Origin: Azolla caroliniana
Taxonomy: Eukaryota > Plantae > Polypodiophyta
Length of the DNA stretch: 64,000 bases
Assembly: GCA_043228905.1 (NCBI GenBank)
Contig: JBHGNT010000004.1
Location: forward strand, 10,540,001-10,604,000
Reading direction: 5' to 3'
Shown: one piece after another, positions 1 to 11,132 of the stretch
How the letters are laid out: every line of letters starts with the position of its first letter
Position numbering within the stretch: position 1 is the first letter of the stretch
Made by a program: the position numbers and the translations under genes
The notes under the pieces: generated by a model
What the model saw: only the letters and a program-made list of their open reading frames with translations
Told to the model about the DNA's origin: nothing
The model's database searches: none

Positions 1-1165
1 TGTCACCAATGTTAGGTTAACAAAGCCGAGCGACTTAAAGCCGCAGGACTTTTACATCCCTTGCACATTCCCAATAATAAGTGGGAAAGTATATCCATGG
101 ATTTTATTGTTAGCCTTACTCGCACCCAAAAAGGTCATGATGCCATCTGGGTGGTGGTTGATAGACTAACTAAAATGGCCAGATTTATTGCTACTAAAAC
201 CATGGTAACAGCTCCTAAATTGGCTTACCAATTTGTTGACGAGTTATTTCATTTTTATGGGTTACCGATGGATATCGTGAGTGATCGAGATCCAATATTT
301 ACTAGTGACTTCTGGACGCAAGTCTTTAAGAAGTTAGAAACTGCATTGAGCATGAGCTCCACGGATCGTCCTCAATCCGATGGACAAACAGAACGAGTAA
401 ATAAAATTATTGAGGACATGCTTCGAGCATGCGATGGTACAAAATCAACAAAATGGAAACATTATCTCCCAATTTTGGAGTTTGCTTATAACAACTCCAA
501 GCATACATCGACGGGATATAGTCCTTTTATGTTGATGTATGGTTTTCAGCCATGGGCCCCAATTGATGTTAATATACATCATGATGAGTTGCGAAGTACC
601 CAAAACTTTCTTCGGAATATGCAAGATATGTTGCATATTGCACAAGATAATATAAAAACAGCTCAAGATAGAGCGCGTTTTTATGCCGATCATCATAGAC
701 AACCGTGTATTCCACCCTAGACAGAATGTATTTTTATGTGTGCCTCACAATTCTAAGACATTTTCTAAGGGTAAGTGCGCTAAGTTAGGCCCACGGTTTT
801 GTGGACCTTTTACAGTTCTCAAACACATTGGGTCATCAGCCTATCGGCTCGCTCTTCCCGATGGTGTTGAAATTCATCCAGTTTTTCATGTGAGTCATCT
901 AAAAGAACTTCTAGGTTCTGACGACAATACAGTTACAACTGAAACTCTAGTTACTTCTGAAGAATTATCTTCTAAACCACATGTACAAGAAAGAATTCTG
1001 GATGTTAGAACAAAAAAATTACGTACTAAAGAAATCAAAGAATTTAAAATCAAATGGATGGATAAATCAATAAAAGATGCCACATGGGAACGCGAAAATA
1101 CTCTCAGAACTAACTTCCCTAACTTTCCATTGCAAGAGTGCAATGTTTTAAAGAGGGGGGGAGTA
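1..1165 (+). pseudogene. 3' end of Ty3/Gypsy chromovirus pol (integrase, GPF motif, chromodomain), frameshifted; PPT at 1151-1165
   Basis: ORF 61-720 has WESISMDFI, IVSDRD and PQSDGQTERVN. ORF 683-1213 has KLGPRFCGPF, IHPVFHVSHLK and the chromodomain ERILDVR..EFKIKW..DATWE. It is followed by AAGAGGGGGGGAGTA and then TGTTA. Confidence 0.92.
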
Positions 1166-1340
1166 TGTTATGGGCATGACCATATAATATCCCGTGGTGA
1201 GAATTTACCGTAGTATTCTAGCCATGCGGATAAGTGTGAGGGTTAAATGAGAGTGTAAAGAAGGGGAGGATTACTTTTAATCCTCACGATTGAGACAACC
1301 CATTAGGCCAAGTCTGAACTTGCCTGGGGGCCTTGGGTAT

Positions 1341-4300
1341 TGTGAAAGTGTTTTTAGAATTCAAGGTATTGAAGTCTACAAGAATATAAGGTATGGTGCG
1401 TTCACATCCGGAGGGCAAGATCACGAGCTAAGGTCTTGAGGATAAGTCAAACAAAAAGCAAGTCACGTGGAGAAAAGCAAAAGAAGAAAAAAGCGGGCAC
1501 CAAAATGCAGTCTACAACGAACGCTCATAACTCATTCGTTTGGAAGCCAAATATAATGTGTAAATATGGGTTGGAAAGTTTGTGAAGAGAGCTATCCATA
1601 GGTTTTTAAAGCTCTAAATTTAGAGCTTCTACGAGGGAGATATGACGATTAGAAGATCGTTGTATCATAGCTAAGAATAGGAGATGGAAAAGCTGTAAAA
1701 AAAGCGTGGAAAAGAAAGCAAGCGAAACTTATCTACTAGAGGAGAACTTCATATAAAGCAAGAAGAGTGAGGTGATGAAAGAGAGCCTTTTTTTTGTGGG
1801 GTTTTTCTTGCCTATTCATGTAGTGCGTTTTTTCTAGTGATCAATTCATTCTTGTAGGCTTGAGTTTATGTATCTTCTTTCTCTTGTTTCTATGATCATC
1901 ACTCCTTATTAATATATCTTTGTAGATTTGGGTTTCTATATCTTCCTTCTCTCTCTTTTCTATCATCATCTCTCTTTTCATTTTGGCGCTCCAGGGAGGG
2001 TCGATCCTTTCCGTATAACGGGAGGAACGGTTGCCCACTCATTGATGGTTGGATCTACCGATTCATCATCAAACTAATGGCAAGATATGGAGTTCGCGAT
2101 GCGACAGATCTACGAAGAGAACTTTTCCAATTGCGTATGGTTTCACCAATGTGCTACCTCGAGTATGAGAAGACGTTTTTGGATATATGGTCCACTTGGA
2201 TTGGACTTGTTGGAGGTGTTGAAGATGTATACTTCAAGATGGAAAGATTCAAAGCAGGGCTAGATCCATATTTTCAATATGAAGTGCATATGAAGTACCC
2301 AAGGTCTTTCCATGATTTGCTTCGAGTATGTCAAAGTTATGATCAACAATTGAAGAAGTTGTTATTCGGTGAAGCATATGGATTATCGGCGTCATATACC
2401 ATAAATCCAAGCTATAATAATTATGGATCGGTCATGAGCCAACAACTAGCCTACTTGCAATGTCCGATTCAACAGGTTCCCTCATATCATTATTCTAATT
2501 TTTGGAGTTATAATGATGTCTATGAAGGTGATTCCAGAGACAATGAAGAAGAGGTGATGAATGTGGAGTTCCCCCATCTAGTTCATGAGGACAACCATGA
2601 TATAAAGAATGATGATGTGAAAGACGAATCTAAGGAGATAGTTATGAGAAGCGATGTTATGGATGGTGATGCCAATGTACATCATGTTGAGGACATTATT
2701 GATACAACAAGTGATATGGTGGTTGATGATGAATATGTGCAAGATGAAATGGAAGATATGACAAAAGTTGTTGATGGTGAAGTACCCACAACGAAGTTGC
2801 AAGATGAAGAAGGTAACCTAGAAGTGATAGCTGGAGATTGGCTTTTGGAGATCAATGCGTGTAAGGAAGCATTGGTAAGTGCCAAGTTGCAGTGTATGAA
2901 GGTGTTCGTGCATGATTTATGTTTTGGATTTGCATTGAGTAGCAACAAAGTTATGTGGGCATCAACTCTTCAACAACAATTTGACCAAGAGCCAAGAGAT
3001 TTACTTGTAATGCATGATTGGAGTATCATTAACTTATCACCATCAAAGGATCCACCACAACTAATCAAATGTATAAAGGAGAAGGAATCATCTATCGACA
3101 TTGGCAAGCAAGAAGAGGAAAGCATAACAATTGATGAATATTCGTGGGATAGGGAAAACAAATCATTCCACATGGTGTCTAAGGAGGAAGAAGAAGTCAT
3201 TGAAGAGAAAAGTATTATCACCCTAAAGGGGAAAAAGAAGATGATTTCAAACGATGTCCAAGGAGAAGAGGATCTAAGGTTTATTTCTCTCTTTTTTAAG
3301 TTTACAAAGTTATTCATAAATGAGTATTCACAGATAAGAGTAGAAGGCATCAAGCACCACATCAAGTTGGAGAATTTGAAGTTTGTCTCACTTATTGTGG
3401 TTGTTCCAAAGGAGAAAGACGTCAACTTCCAATCCTTGAATGATTCAACCAAACGAGATTTATTTTTGCTTCCTTTTCGAGATGAGATTCTAGATGAAAT
3501 GGTCATACATAAAAAACAAGGTAATGTGGAGAATGTGGTGTGCCAAGAAGAAAGTCATGTTGATGAAGCAAAGATTGACATAATTCAAAATATGACAATT
3601 CTGACAAGTCTCGAAGCTTTGAAGGTATTTGTACAAAAGGTTCGCTCGCTCAAAAGATTTATTCATATGTTAACATGCTTACTTCTATCAAGAGTTATGT
3701 ATCACATAGACCTACTTCTGTTTGGAAAGTTGATGAAGATATACTAATTGTTGTAACCTCTTTCTTTGTGTTGACAAGGAGAAAGATGGTGATGGCAATT
3801 GTCAATGTGTATGTGTGTGTGTTTAGAAGTGTGAGGTTTTTCCTATCGACTAGCGGGGGTTTTACTCACATAGTTTGTTTCTTTTCTATTTATTTTCTCC
3901 TTCTTTGTCTATAGCCATGAATAAGGCGAAGGAGAACCTTTAGTTTTATTAGTAGCTTAGGGTTCACCATAAATGGTTCACAAAAAAGCAAGGGGGAGGG
4001 CTAAATGTGAAAGTGTTTTTAGAATTCAAGGTATTGAAGTCTACAAGAATATAAGGTATGGTGCGTTCACATCCGGAGGGCAAGATCACGAGCTAAGGTC
4101 TTGAGGATAAGTCAAACAAAAAGCAAGTCACGTGGAGAAAAGCAAAAGAAGAAAAAAGCGGGCACCAAAATGCAGTCTACAACGAACGCTCATAACTCAT
4201 TCGTTTGGAAGCCAAATATAATGTGTAAATATGGGTTGGAAAGTTTGTGAAGAGAGCTATCCATAGGTTTTTAAAGCTCTAAATTTAGAGCTTCTACGAG

Positions 4301-4645
4301 GGAGATATGACGATTAGAAGATCATTGTATCATAGCTAAGAATAGGAGATGGAAAAGCTGTAAAAAAAGCGTGGAAAAGAAAGCAAGCGAAACTTATCTA
4401 CTAGAGGAGAACTTCATATAAAGCAAGAAGAGTGAGGTGATGAAAGAGAGCCTTTTTTTTGTGGGGTTTTTCTTGCCTATTCATGTAGTGCGTTTTTTCT
4501 AGTGATCAATTCATTCTTGTAGGCTTGAGTTTATGTATCTTCTTTCTCTTGTTTCTATGATCATCACTCCTTATTAATATATCTTTGTAGATTTGGGTTT
4601 CTATATCTTCCTTCTCTCTCTTTTCTATCATCATCTCTCTTTTCA
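1341..4645 (+). mobile_element. Element A: young non-autonomous single-ORF LTR retrotransposon (TR-GAG-like)
   Basis: 640-bp LTRs at 1341-1980 and 4006-4645 (TGTGAAA...TTTTCA), one mismatch seen by eye. TSD GGTAT at 1336-1340 and 4646-4650. PBS TGGCGCTCCAGGGAGGG at 1984, resembling tRNA-Asn. PPT AAAAAAGCAAGGGGGAGGG at about 3982-4000. Confidence 0.95.
2077..3747 (+). CDS. Gag-like protein (556 aa) with acidic linker and vestigial reverse-transcriptase N-terminal motifs
   Basis: Uninterrupted ORF. The N-terminus is retrotransposon-Gag-like (ELFQLRM..YEKTF..RFKAGLDP..PRSFHDL). SLIVVVPKEKD..FQSLNDSTKRDLFLLPFRDEILDEMV matches the RT start SPIVVVPKK..YRKLNAATVTDAFPLPFTDGVLDAV of neighbouring elements. 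Confidence 0.75.
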   Translation: MARYGVRDATDLRRELFQLRMVSPMCYLEYEKTFLDIWSTWIGLVGGVEDVYFKMERFKAGLDPYFQYEVHMKYPRSFHDLLRVCQSYDQQLKKLLFGEAYGLSASYTINPSYNNYGSVMSQQLAYLQCPIQQVPSYHYSNFWSYNDVYEGDSRDNEEEVMNVEFPHLVHEDNHDIKNDDVKDESKEIVMRSDVMDGDANVHHVEDIIDTTSDMVVDDEYVQDEMEDMTKVVDGEVPTTKLQDEEGNLEVIAGDWLLEINACKEALVSAKLQCMKVFVHDLCFGFALSSNKVMWASTLQQQFDQEPRDLLVMHDWSIINLSPSKDPPQLIKCIKEKESSIDIGKQEEESITIDEYSWDRENKSFHMVSKEEEEVIEEKSIITLKGKKKMISNDVQGEEDLRFISLFFKFTKLFINEYSQIRVEGIKHHIKLENLKFVSLIVVVPKEKDVNFQSLNDSTKRDLFLLPFRDEILDEMVIHKKQGNVENVVCQEESHVDEAKIDIIQNMTILTSLEALKVFVQKVRSLKRFIHMLTCLLLSRVMYHIDLLLFGKLMKIY

Positions 4646-4691
4646 GGTATCACTATAAATAAGAGGCCTAGCTACCCTCATTTCATCATCT

Positions 4692-5292
4692 TGTTGACTA
4701 CGTCGAGACTCTATCTTCTGGTGGGTCAACTCTTGTAGCAAGCACGCCAGCACCAGGTACGACTCGACACCACGGTTGTGGTATGGGACGTTGATCGAGG
4801 CTCGAGTCCGTCTCGATCCCTTCGCTCGGGGGTGGTCAGGTGGATCGGCACCCTTCTTTCTCTCTCTCCTTTCTATCTAGATCTATCTTTTATCCTTATT
4901 TTATGCTTACATTAGTTCATGTCTCTAATAGACATGTACTTCAATGCTCATACGAGTCACTGACACTAACTCCAAGGAATATGCCTACGTAATAGGCTCA
5001 GACCGTAGGCTCCAACGGCCTACCGGTTCTCACTATTCTGGAGTACGATCCGGTTCTCCAGTATATCTGGACACCGATTTGGATACCTATCCAGTTCTCC
5101 GTTCTGGATACTAATCCGGCTTTGGCTTATTCAGCCGATCTGGATCCAGTTGTGCTTTCCCGCTCAACACTCCCCGTCAAGCTCAACTTGAGGTCGGATC
5201 GCTATGTGTGTCCACGGGTCCTTTCCTCCGGCTCCCTCTGGCGTCTTCTCGCTTGGCTTGTGCTCCTCGTCCGGTTCAGTTCCTCTTCCCAC
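4692..5292 (-). mobile_element. 3' LTR (4692-5169), PPT and short internal remnant of a Copia-type element
   Basis: TGTTGA...TCAACA termini. The minus strand reads CTTGACGGGGAG|TGTTGAG. Shares blocks (GATCGGCTGAA, GGAGTTAGTGT, AGCATTGAAGTAC) with the solo LTR at 51860. Confidence 0.75.
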
Positions 5293-5479
5293 TGTCAGGA
5301 ATAATATTAAGATAGAGAGGGAATTAGTACGAAAATATGAGGATTAGTACTAAGAGGGGTGTAGAACTCTCGGGAGAAGATAGATAGATAGATTATATTA
5401 TCGTCTTCGAAGGTCAAATATGACCTATGAGACCAAAAATATTACATTTCACGTGATACGTGTGAGAGTGAGTAGTGAC

Positions 5480-8400
5480 TCTTGATGTTCAAGAGCTTTA
5501 TTAATGAATGTTGCAATCGAGACTGCACATTGTGGTTGTGAGAGGAATTCATGCAAAGATTGGGCTCGATCGAAGAGATGTGGAAAGCATGGTCGAATAT
5601 GATCAAAGGCAGATCATTGTATCAAAGTGTGATACTCAAACTCACGAACTTGTTTACGGCAAAGTGTGCATAGCCGACCACTCTCATCACTTGTGCCCCA
5701 ACGCCCTGTTTCACATCGCAATGCATGTGAGCTAAGTCGCATGGAAGCAATGGTTCGAATGGCAAATAACGGTATGGGCTCTAACATGTATGGATGTGTA
5801 CGATTTCCTCGTTCCGCAAAGAATATGGTTTTGTAGTTAGGTGCAACATGTGTAGTATAATGTGTGAAGCGTGAGCCTCCACATTTGTCCCATGTCATGA
5901 TACATTGGCGTTGCAAAAATGCCTCATTTATAGAGGAATCTAATGATGCATCATGAAGCAAGTGTCTCGCATCCTATCTACCAAACCATTTTTCTATATC
6001 TTGCATCCAACCGGAACACAAAATTTTGCTTTTGTGCGTCTTTAGGATCTTTTTTCTTGCTTCCCACGCAATTCTAGGAAGTCGATGTGAGGGACTTTTT
6101 TGAACCTTAAGCATGTATTCAATAACCCTTTCCATGGCCATGATCTCAATGGGAAGCGATCCCATCTCAAGGAGGAGGAGGGTGTAGGGCATTTGTTTCT
6201 TAACTTGTAGAAACTTGGTAAGAAAATGCTTTTGGACATTTTCAAACTCTTTCCACATAGATTTAGGGATGCTACCGCCCCATACTTCCACCCCATAGAG
6301 AATAACCGGTATCACCAAAGTGTCGAAAAGATATTTCTTGAGGACCCAACACGTAATATCTCCAAGATTGCATGTGTTCTCAAATGCATAGTATGCTCGC
6401 TTACCCACCTCTAAGCGGCGTGTAGCACATTCATTCCATCTATGATTTGAAGGAACTTCAAGGCCAAGATATTTGAAGCTTTCCACACATTCAAGTGGCT
6501 CATTATTGTACATAATGCATGGTTTATCTCTTTTTTGGCTCTTCACAAGCATAATCTTTGTTTTAGAGCTATTGACACTTAATTTAGTATGCATGCAAAA
6601 AATTTCCAATGCCTTCATAAGCTTTTGTGCATCTCCTAAAGTATTTTCAAAAAGAACTACATCATCTACATATAGCAAAAGCATAATCACAACATTCCCA
6701 ATGACAACTTCTTCAACACGTTCTTCCTTTGCAAACTTGGTAACCATTTCTTCCAATTCATCAATGCATAGACCAAACAGTGTTGGTGAGAGTGGGCATC
6801 CTTGCTTAACACCAATAGTGCTTTTGAAAAAATCTGAAAGTTTATCTCTCATGCGCACACATCATATAACCTTCTCATAAATTTGGGAAATTGCAAGCAT
6901 ATATTCACTTGGCACCTCAAGTTCTTCCATTCACCTCCAAAGATGCTCGTGAGGTACCATATCAAAAGCTTTCTTGAAGTCTACAAAGCAACAATATAAA
7001 CCTTTACCTCTAAGGCGACTTTCCTCCATTAATACTCAAAGGGTGATAACGTGATCAATGGTGTTATGGTGTTTCCGAAAGCCAGCTTGTCCATAAGCTC
7101 TCTTACCACTTTTTTCAGCCCATACACTTATCTTTGATTCCATTATACATCCAAATAGTTTTGCCATTAATGAGCCAACAATGATGGTTGTTTACATTAT
7201 TTATATCTCCACCTTTATGTAAAGGTTTGATCCAATTTGTAGTCCAATCGTATGGCATACCATGTTGCAATGCATCATTAAACATATCGTTTATCCATAG
7301 ATGTGCTTCCTTTCCCGTTCATTTGAGCATTTCAGCCTTTATACATTGAAGACCGCTTACCTTCTGAGAGGCCAATTTCTTAAGTCCTATGCATATATCT
7401 TCAATTGTAAAGAAGGGAGGCATATGTGAAAGAGAACCATAACACATCCTCTTTCCGGCAAGAGATAACTCATATAAATTCTTACAATGCATAGACAAGC
7501 CGTGAAGAGTTAAGTCACCATAACTCTCAACACGTTTCCCCTTTAGATTTCCCCAAAATTTAGCACATGCATGTGCTTTCTCTTGCGTTTGGAAAAATTG
7601 TTGAGTAACTTCCCATATTCTTCTCTTTCTTTGAATAAGCCTTTTATACTCATGCAAATGCTTTTGGTAATTTTCTTTATCCTTAACTACATTGGTAATT
7701 TTCTTTATCCTTAACTACATCCAAAGCCATAAAGCACTTTCGAGCTTCACGACATTCTTTATCAAACCATTTTTTCCTAAGTTTCTTGGTGCATTTACAA
7801 GATGTGCGGTTGGTCGAAAAACATTTGTTTGTACAGGAGAGAATGACTTTCTTGAAAGATTCCCATTTGCATTCTAGTGTGGCACCATGTTGTATCTTTG
7901 TCATTTGTAACATATCCTCAACCATCTTGGAATACATAAGTGCTCGCTTAAGGTTCATGCTCAAGTGCGGTTGTTTATTATCTTCAATAGCCTTCTCACA
8001 ATCAAACCTATGCATACATTTGAGATCGATACATAAAGGCCTATGATCGGATTCTGGTGTCCATTCACCAAGTGAGAATTTATGTATACGATCCAAAATA
8101 CCTTCGGAAAGTAGCACATTGTCAATCACATTATTTCCGTTGTGTTTTCTACATGTAAAACCATTAGTGTTGGGCCATAAGGAAATACCATTTGCAATAA
8201 GCAATCCGGTACTATTGCACATTTGTAGGAGTAACTTCCCAAATTGGTTTGGATCTTTTTCATCGCTAGAAGAGCGGCTATACATTTGCATATCCTCTTG
8301 CATCCTTGAGATATGTGGCATGAAAGATTCTTGTGAATCAAGTTGGAAACTTCTTGTACGAGCATTCATGTCACCAAAGACAATAACTTCCCCTTTGGAT

Positions 8401-8755
8401 TAACATCCAACTACAAAATTGGGCAAATCATTAGGTGTTTCTATTTTGAGCCATATGTAGCATTTATTTTCATCATTTTTTATGATTGACACATATTTAT
8501 CTATTTCCTTCTTAATCAAACATGCCACCCCTCCTTGTCCTCTTCTTTGTCTTGGATTTTTCTTCCATATCAAAAGCGTACATTATAGTTTCCTAAACCT
8601 TGAATCCTTTGAGTATCATGCTCCCATGTTTCAACAAGAAGTGTGATATCGGAGTCATCGATGAACTCCTCTATGCCAAATCCCGCATTCCATGGGTATC
8701 CATTGCAATTCCAAAAGCATAGTCGTAAAAGGCGTGGGTTAGTCTCATAGATCAC
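5480..8755 (-). pseudogene. LINE ORF2: AP endonuclease, reverse transcriptase and C-terminal Cys/His domain, with stops and frameshifts
   Basis: CFWNCNG, LVETW, GDMNART, IDNVL..SDHRPL (APE). GVKQGCPLSPTLF, LLYVDD, FKYLG (RT). RLSSHALRCETGRW..CTLC..EFEYH (C-terminal domain). Confidence 0.9.
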
Positions 8756-8761
8756 GTGTCC

Positions 8762-9617
8762 CTATTTGCCTACATTTCCATCTTTAGGCATATCCTTAAC
8801 CTTATTTTTCAATCTTCCTTCATATGCTTTACGGCGAGCATTTTGTTGTGAGATAGTACGATCTTCACTCACAAAGCATTGTGTACCTTTGAGGTATACC
8901 CAACTATTTTTGAGTATGATCCGCCGCTTTGTATCATCTGTCATTGTGCATACAATAGGCCTTTCTCCAAAGCGAGTAACACCATGTTTCCCAACTCGGT
9001 GTGCCCCATATACATTCACATCTGACATCCCATAATTCACCAATGGCCTTTCCAAGGGATGCGGGTGTTTCCATACTCTCTTCTTTAATCCCACGGATGA
9101 CAATGTTCTTTAATCGTCGTTCACGTTCTTTCAATTCTCGGACATCTATGCTTTCTATATTCTTCTCTTGATGCATCACATGCATATTAGATGAGTTTGA
9201 TAGCACATCCCCACCACATACATCGGCCCATGACTTCGTTGTACATACATTTTTCATCTCACTTACATCCCGTCTCATCGTGTCCAATTTTTCTTCTTTT
9301 AATGCTTCCTTTAATGCAATCTTGTTAAGGCGTTCATTTGTTTCAATAGAAGCTCTTTTACATTCTTGAATCTCTTCTTGAAGTTTTGCAACCACTTGTT
9401 TAAGACTTTCATTCTCAATGACAACACTTTGGACCTTAGCATTCTCTTTCATTAACGTCCTAATCTCTTCACCTTGCTTGTATATGGTTTCTTGAAGAGA
9501 AATCAAGTGACTCATAAGCAATTTGTCCATTGCATTAGAATCGAGATTTGTTGGTGATCTCAGCTCATTATCAATCATACCCCTGAACTTTGCGGCGGTT
9601 TTACGAGTATTTGCCAT
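8762..9617 (-). pseudogene. LINE ORF1 (coiled coil plus RRM-like), one frameshift
   Basis: Coiled coil followed by RERRLKNIVIRGIKEE, then in the second frame HRVGK..RPIV..LKGTQCFVSEDRT. Confidence 0.85.
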
Positions 9618-9747
9618 TGTAGGGACAAACCCTACGGGAAGAGAGAGACAGAGAGGGAAGGAGAGAGAATGTACCTTTCACTCGATTTAGGGCTTCAAAA
9701 TATACCTTCCATTTAAGGAACCGTGGGGCAAAGGAGAGAGAGAGAGG

Positions 9748-9779
<32 letters not shown>

Positions 9780-10082
9780 ACGATGATAACAAAATATATA
9801 TATTATATGAAGAGAATATACATGAATAGCTAGGAGACTTAAGATTGGTGTTGAACCGATTTGGTTCTCAATAATGCCATATCCCTCTTTTTATAGTGGC
9901 ATAGGAATACTCTTGACATTTCCAGAATGTTACAGAAAAATCTAGAATATACATGGATTTCCCAAGTGAAATAATAAATGGAAATAATATTCGCTTTAAC
10001 CCATGTGACACAAGGTCATGGGTTCAAATCCTTTTGACGCCATACCATGCTATATCATGACACTTTACCCCCCCCCCTTAAG

Positions 10083-10496
10083 ATGACGAGTGTTAGTCAT
10101 CGTAGATGGAGGATCTGGCTTGTCGGGATATTGCCAATGAAAGTCCTCAACAAGAGCTCGAGCATTTACCACATGATCGACTGGTTCCCAAGTACGCTCG
10201 CTTGCACTATAGCCTAGCCAATCGACCAAATAGTAGAGCTTGTTTCATACTTTGGTCCTACGTCAAGCTTGATCGGGGATGGAGGTGGTGTAATATGATT
10301 CAGAATAGTGTTGTCTTGCTACGGTTCGAGAGGAGAACTATGAAAATCTAGATGTATGCGTAGTTGCGGAGGTAGATCGAGACGAAAAGTGACATCATTA
10401 ATTTTTCTGATAATACGGAAAGGACCTAATCGTCGATAGTCCACTTTATTGCATGGGCGAGTAGTCTTGATGTGTCGTCGTAATAGCCATACTAGA
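10083..10496 (-). pseudogene. Chromovirus X integrase C-terminus and chromodomain (continues at 53077)
   Basis: Hand translation of the minus strand gives LVWLLRRHIKTTRPCNKVDYRRLGPF..FRLDLP and LYYLVDWLGYSASERTWEPVDHVVNARALVEDFH. Confidence 0.88.
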
Positions 10497-10999
10497 TGTT
10501 AACCATTTCTGGGGGAAACACCTTCGATGAGCCCACAGGCTATCGTTATCAAGGGATCGTGTTACACAAAAGCCTCTTCTACACCGAGAAGACGTTATGG
10601 GAACGAGGAACGTACACGGGCTACAACCCGTTAGACATAGACGTAGCTCGGTTTATGAGTATGGGGAGAATACACATATGAAGGAACAGTAAGAGCGAGA
10701 TTTATATTAAATGAGATAGTTCACGGTGATTACAGTACACGGCTCTCGGCCGGAAACAGTTTGTGCAGAGCTCAGTGCTACGATATTAATCTTGCTAAAA
10801 TAATCTAGGTATCTCTCCCCTTGAGGTATGCAGATCTCGGTTTATATAGTTTTCTTCTTTAGACAGAGCCGAGCCATCGGCTGATTGTGAGGGCTAAAAA
10901 CTCGACTTATTCTAGTTCTACCTATTTCCTCACCTACTTTTCTACCTACCAGCGAGTTTACATATTATGTATTTATATTTCTGGCCTATGGACAACACC

Positions 11000-11016
11000 T
11001 GGCACGCCCGTGGGAC
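11000..11016 (+). other. Antisense tRNA-Arg(UCU)-type PBS at the PPT position of B
   Basis: TGGCACGCCCGTGGGAC, 2 nt (CC) from the LTR edge. Confidence 0.85.
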
Positions 11017-11132
11017 AGGACTTTGTCTGTCGGACCCATGATTCACAAAGTGGAGGGATAACCACGTATTTTGCGAAAACAAAAAAAAAATTCAAATTTT
11101 GCTTGTTTATACAAGGGGCTTATGGGTTTGTT

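Larger units (their letters stand above)
1166..4691 (+). mobile_element. 3' LTR of the chromovirus, interrupted by element A (1341-4645) and cut at 4692 by another LTR
   Basis: Starts with TG directly after the PPT. Resumes after the TSD at 4651 with a TATA-like CTATAAATA. Its true end is not visible. Confidence 0.7.
5379..9775 (-). mobile_element. Near full-length degenerate LINE (APE-RT; RTEX-like or CR1/L2-group) with (ATCT)n 3' tail
   Basis: ORF1 and ORF2 remnants. Tail GATAGATAGATAGAT at 5379-5393. CT-rich 5' UTR. Possible TSD GAGAA at 5374-5378 and 9776-9780. Confidence 0.88.
5293..10062 (-). mobile_element. 3' LTR (about 370 bp) of Tcn1-like chromovirus X, split by a LINE
   Basis: Termini TGTCAGGA / TCATGACA. 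The PPT is CTTAAG-polyG-TAAAG on the minus strand at 10063-10082. Minus-strand TATA (CTATAAAAAG) at about 9887-9896. Confidence 0.8.

Noticed and set aside
2077-3747. Captured host gene
   Set aside because: Gag-like and RT-remnant motifs between PBS and PPT indicate a retroelement origin.
10997-11016. Antisense PBS explained as the 5' end of a separate plus-strand element or a local inversion
   Set aside because: The same arrangement recurs in three families and five junctions with matching TSDs and direct-repeat LTRs, so it is intrinsic to the elements.
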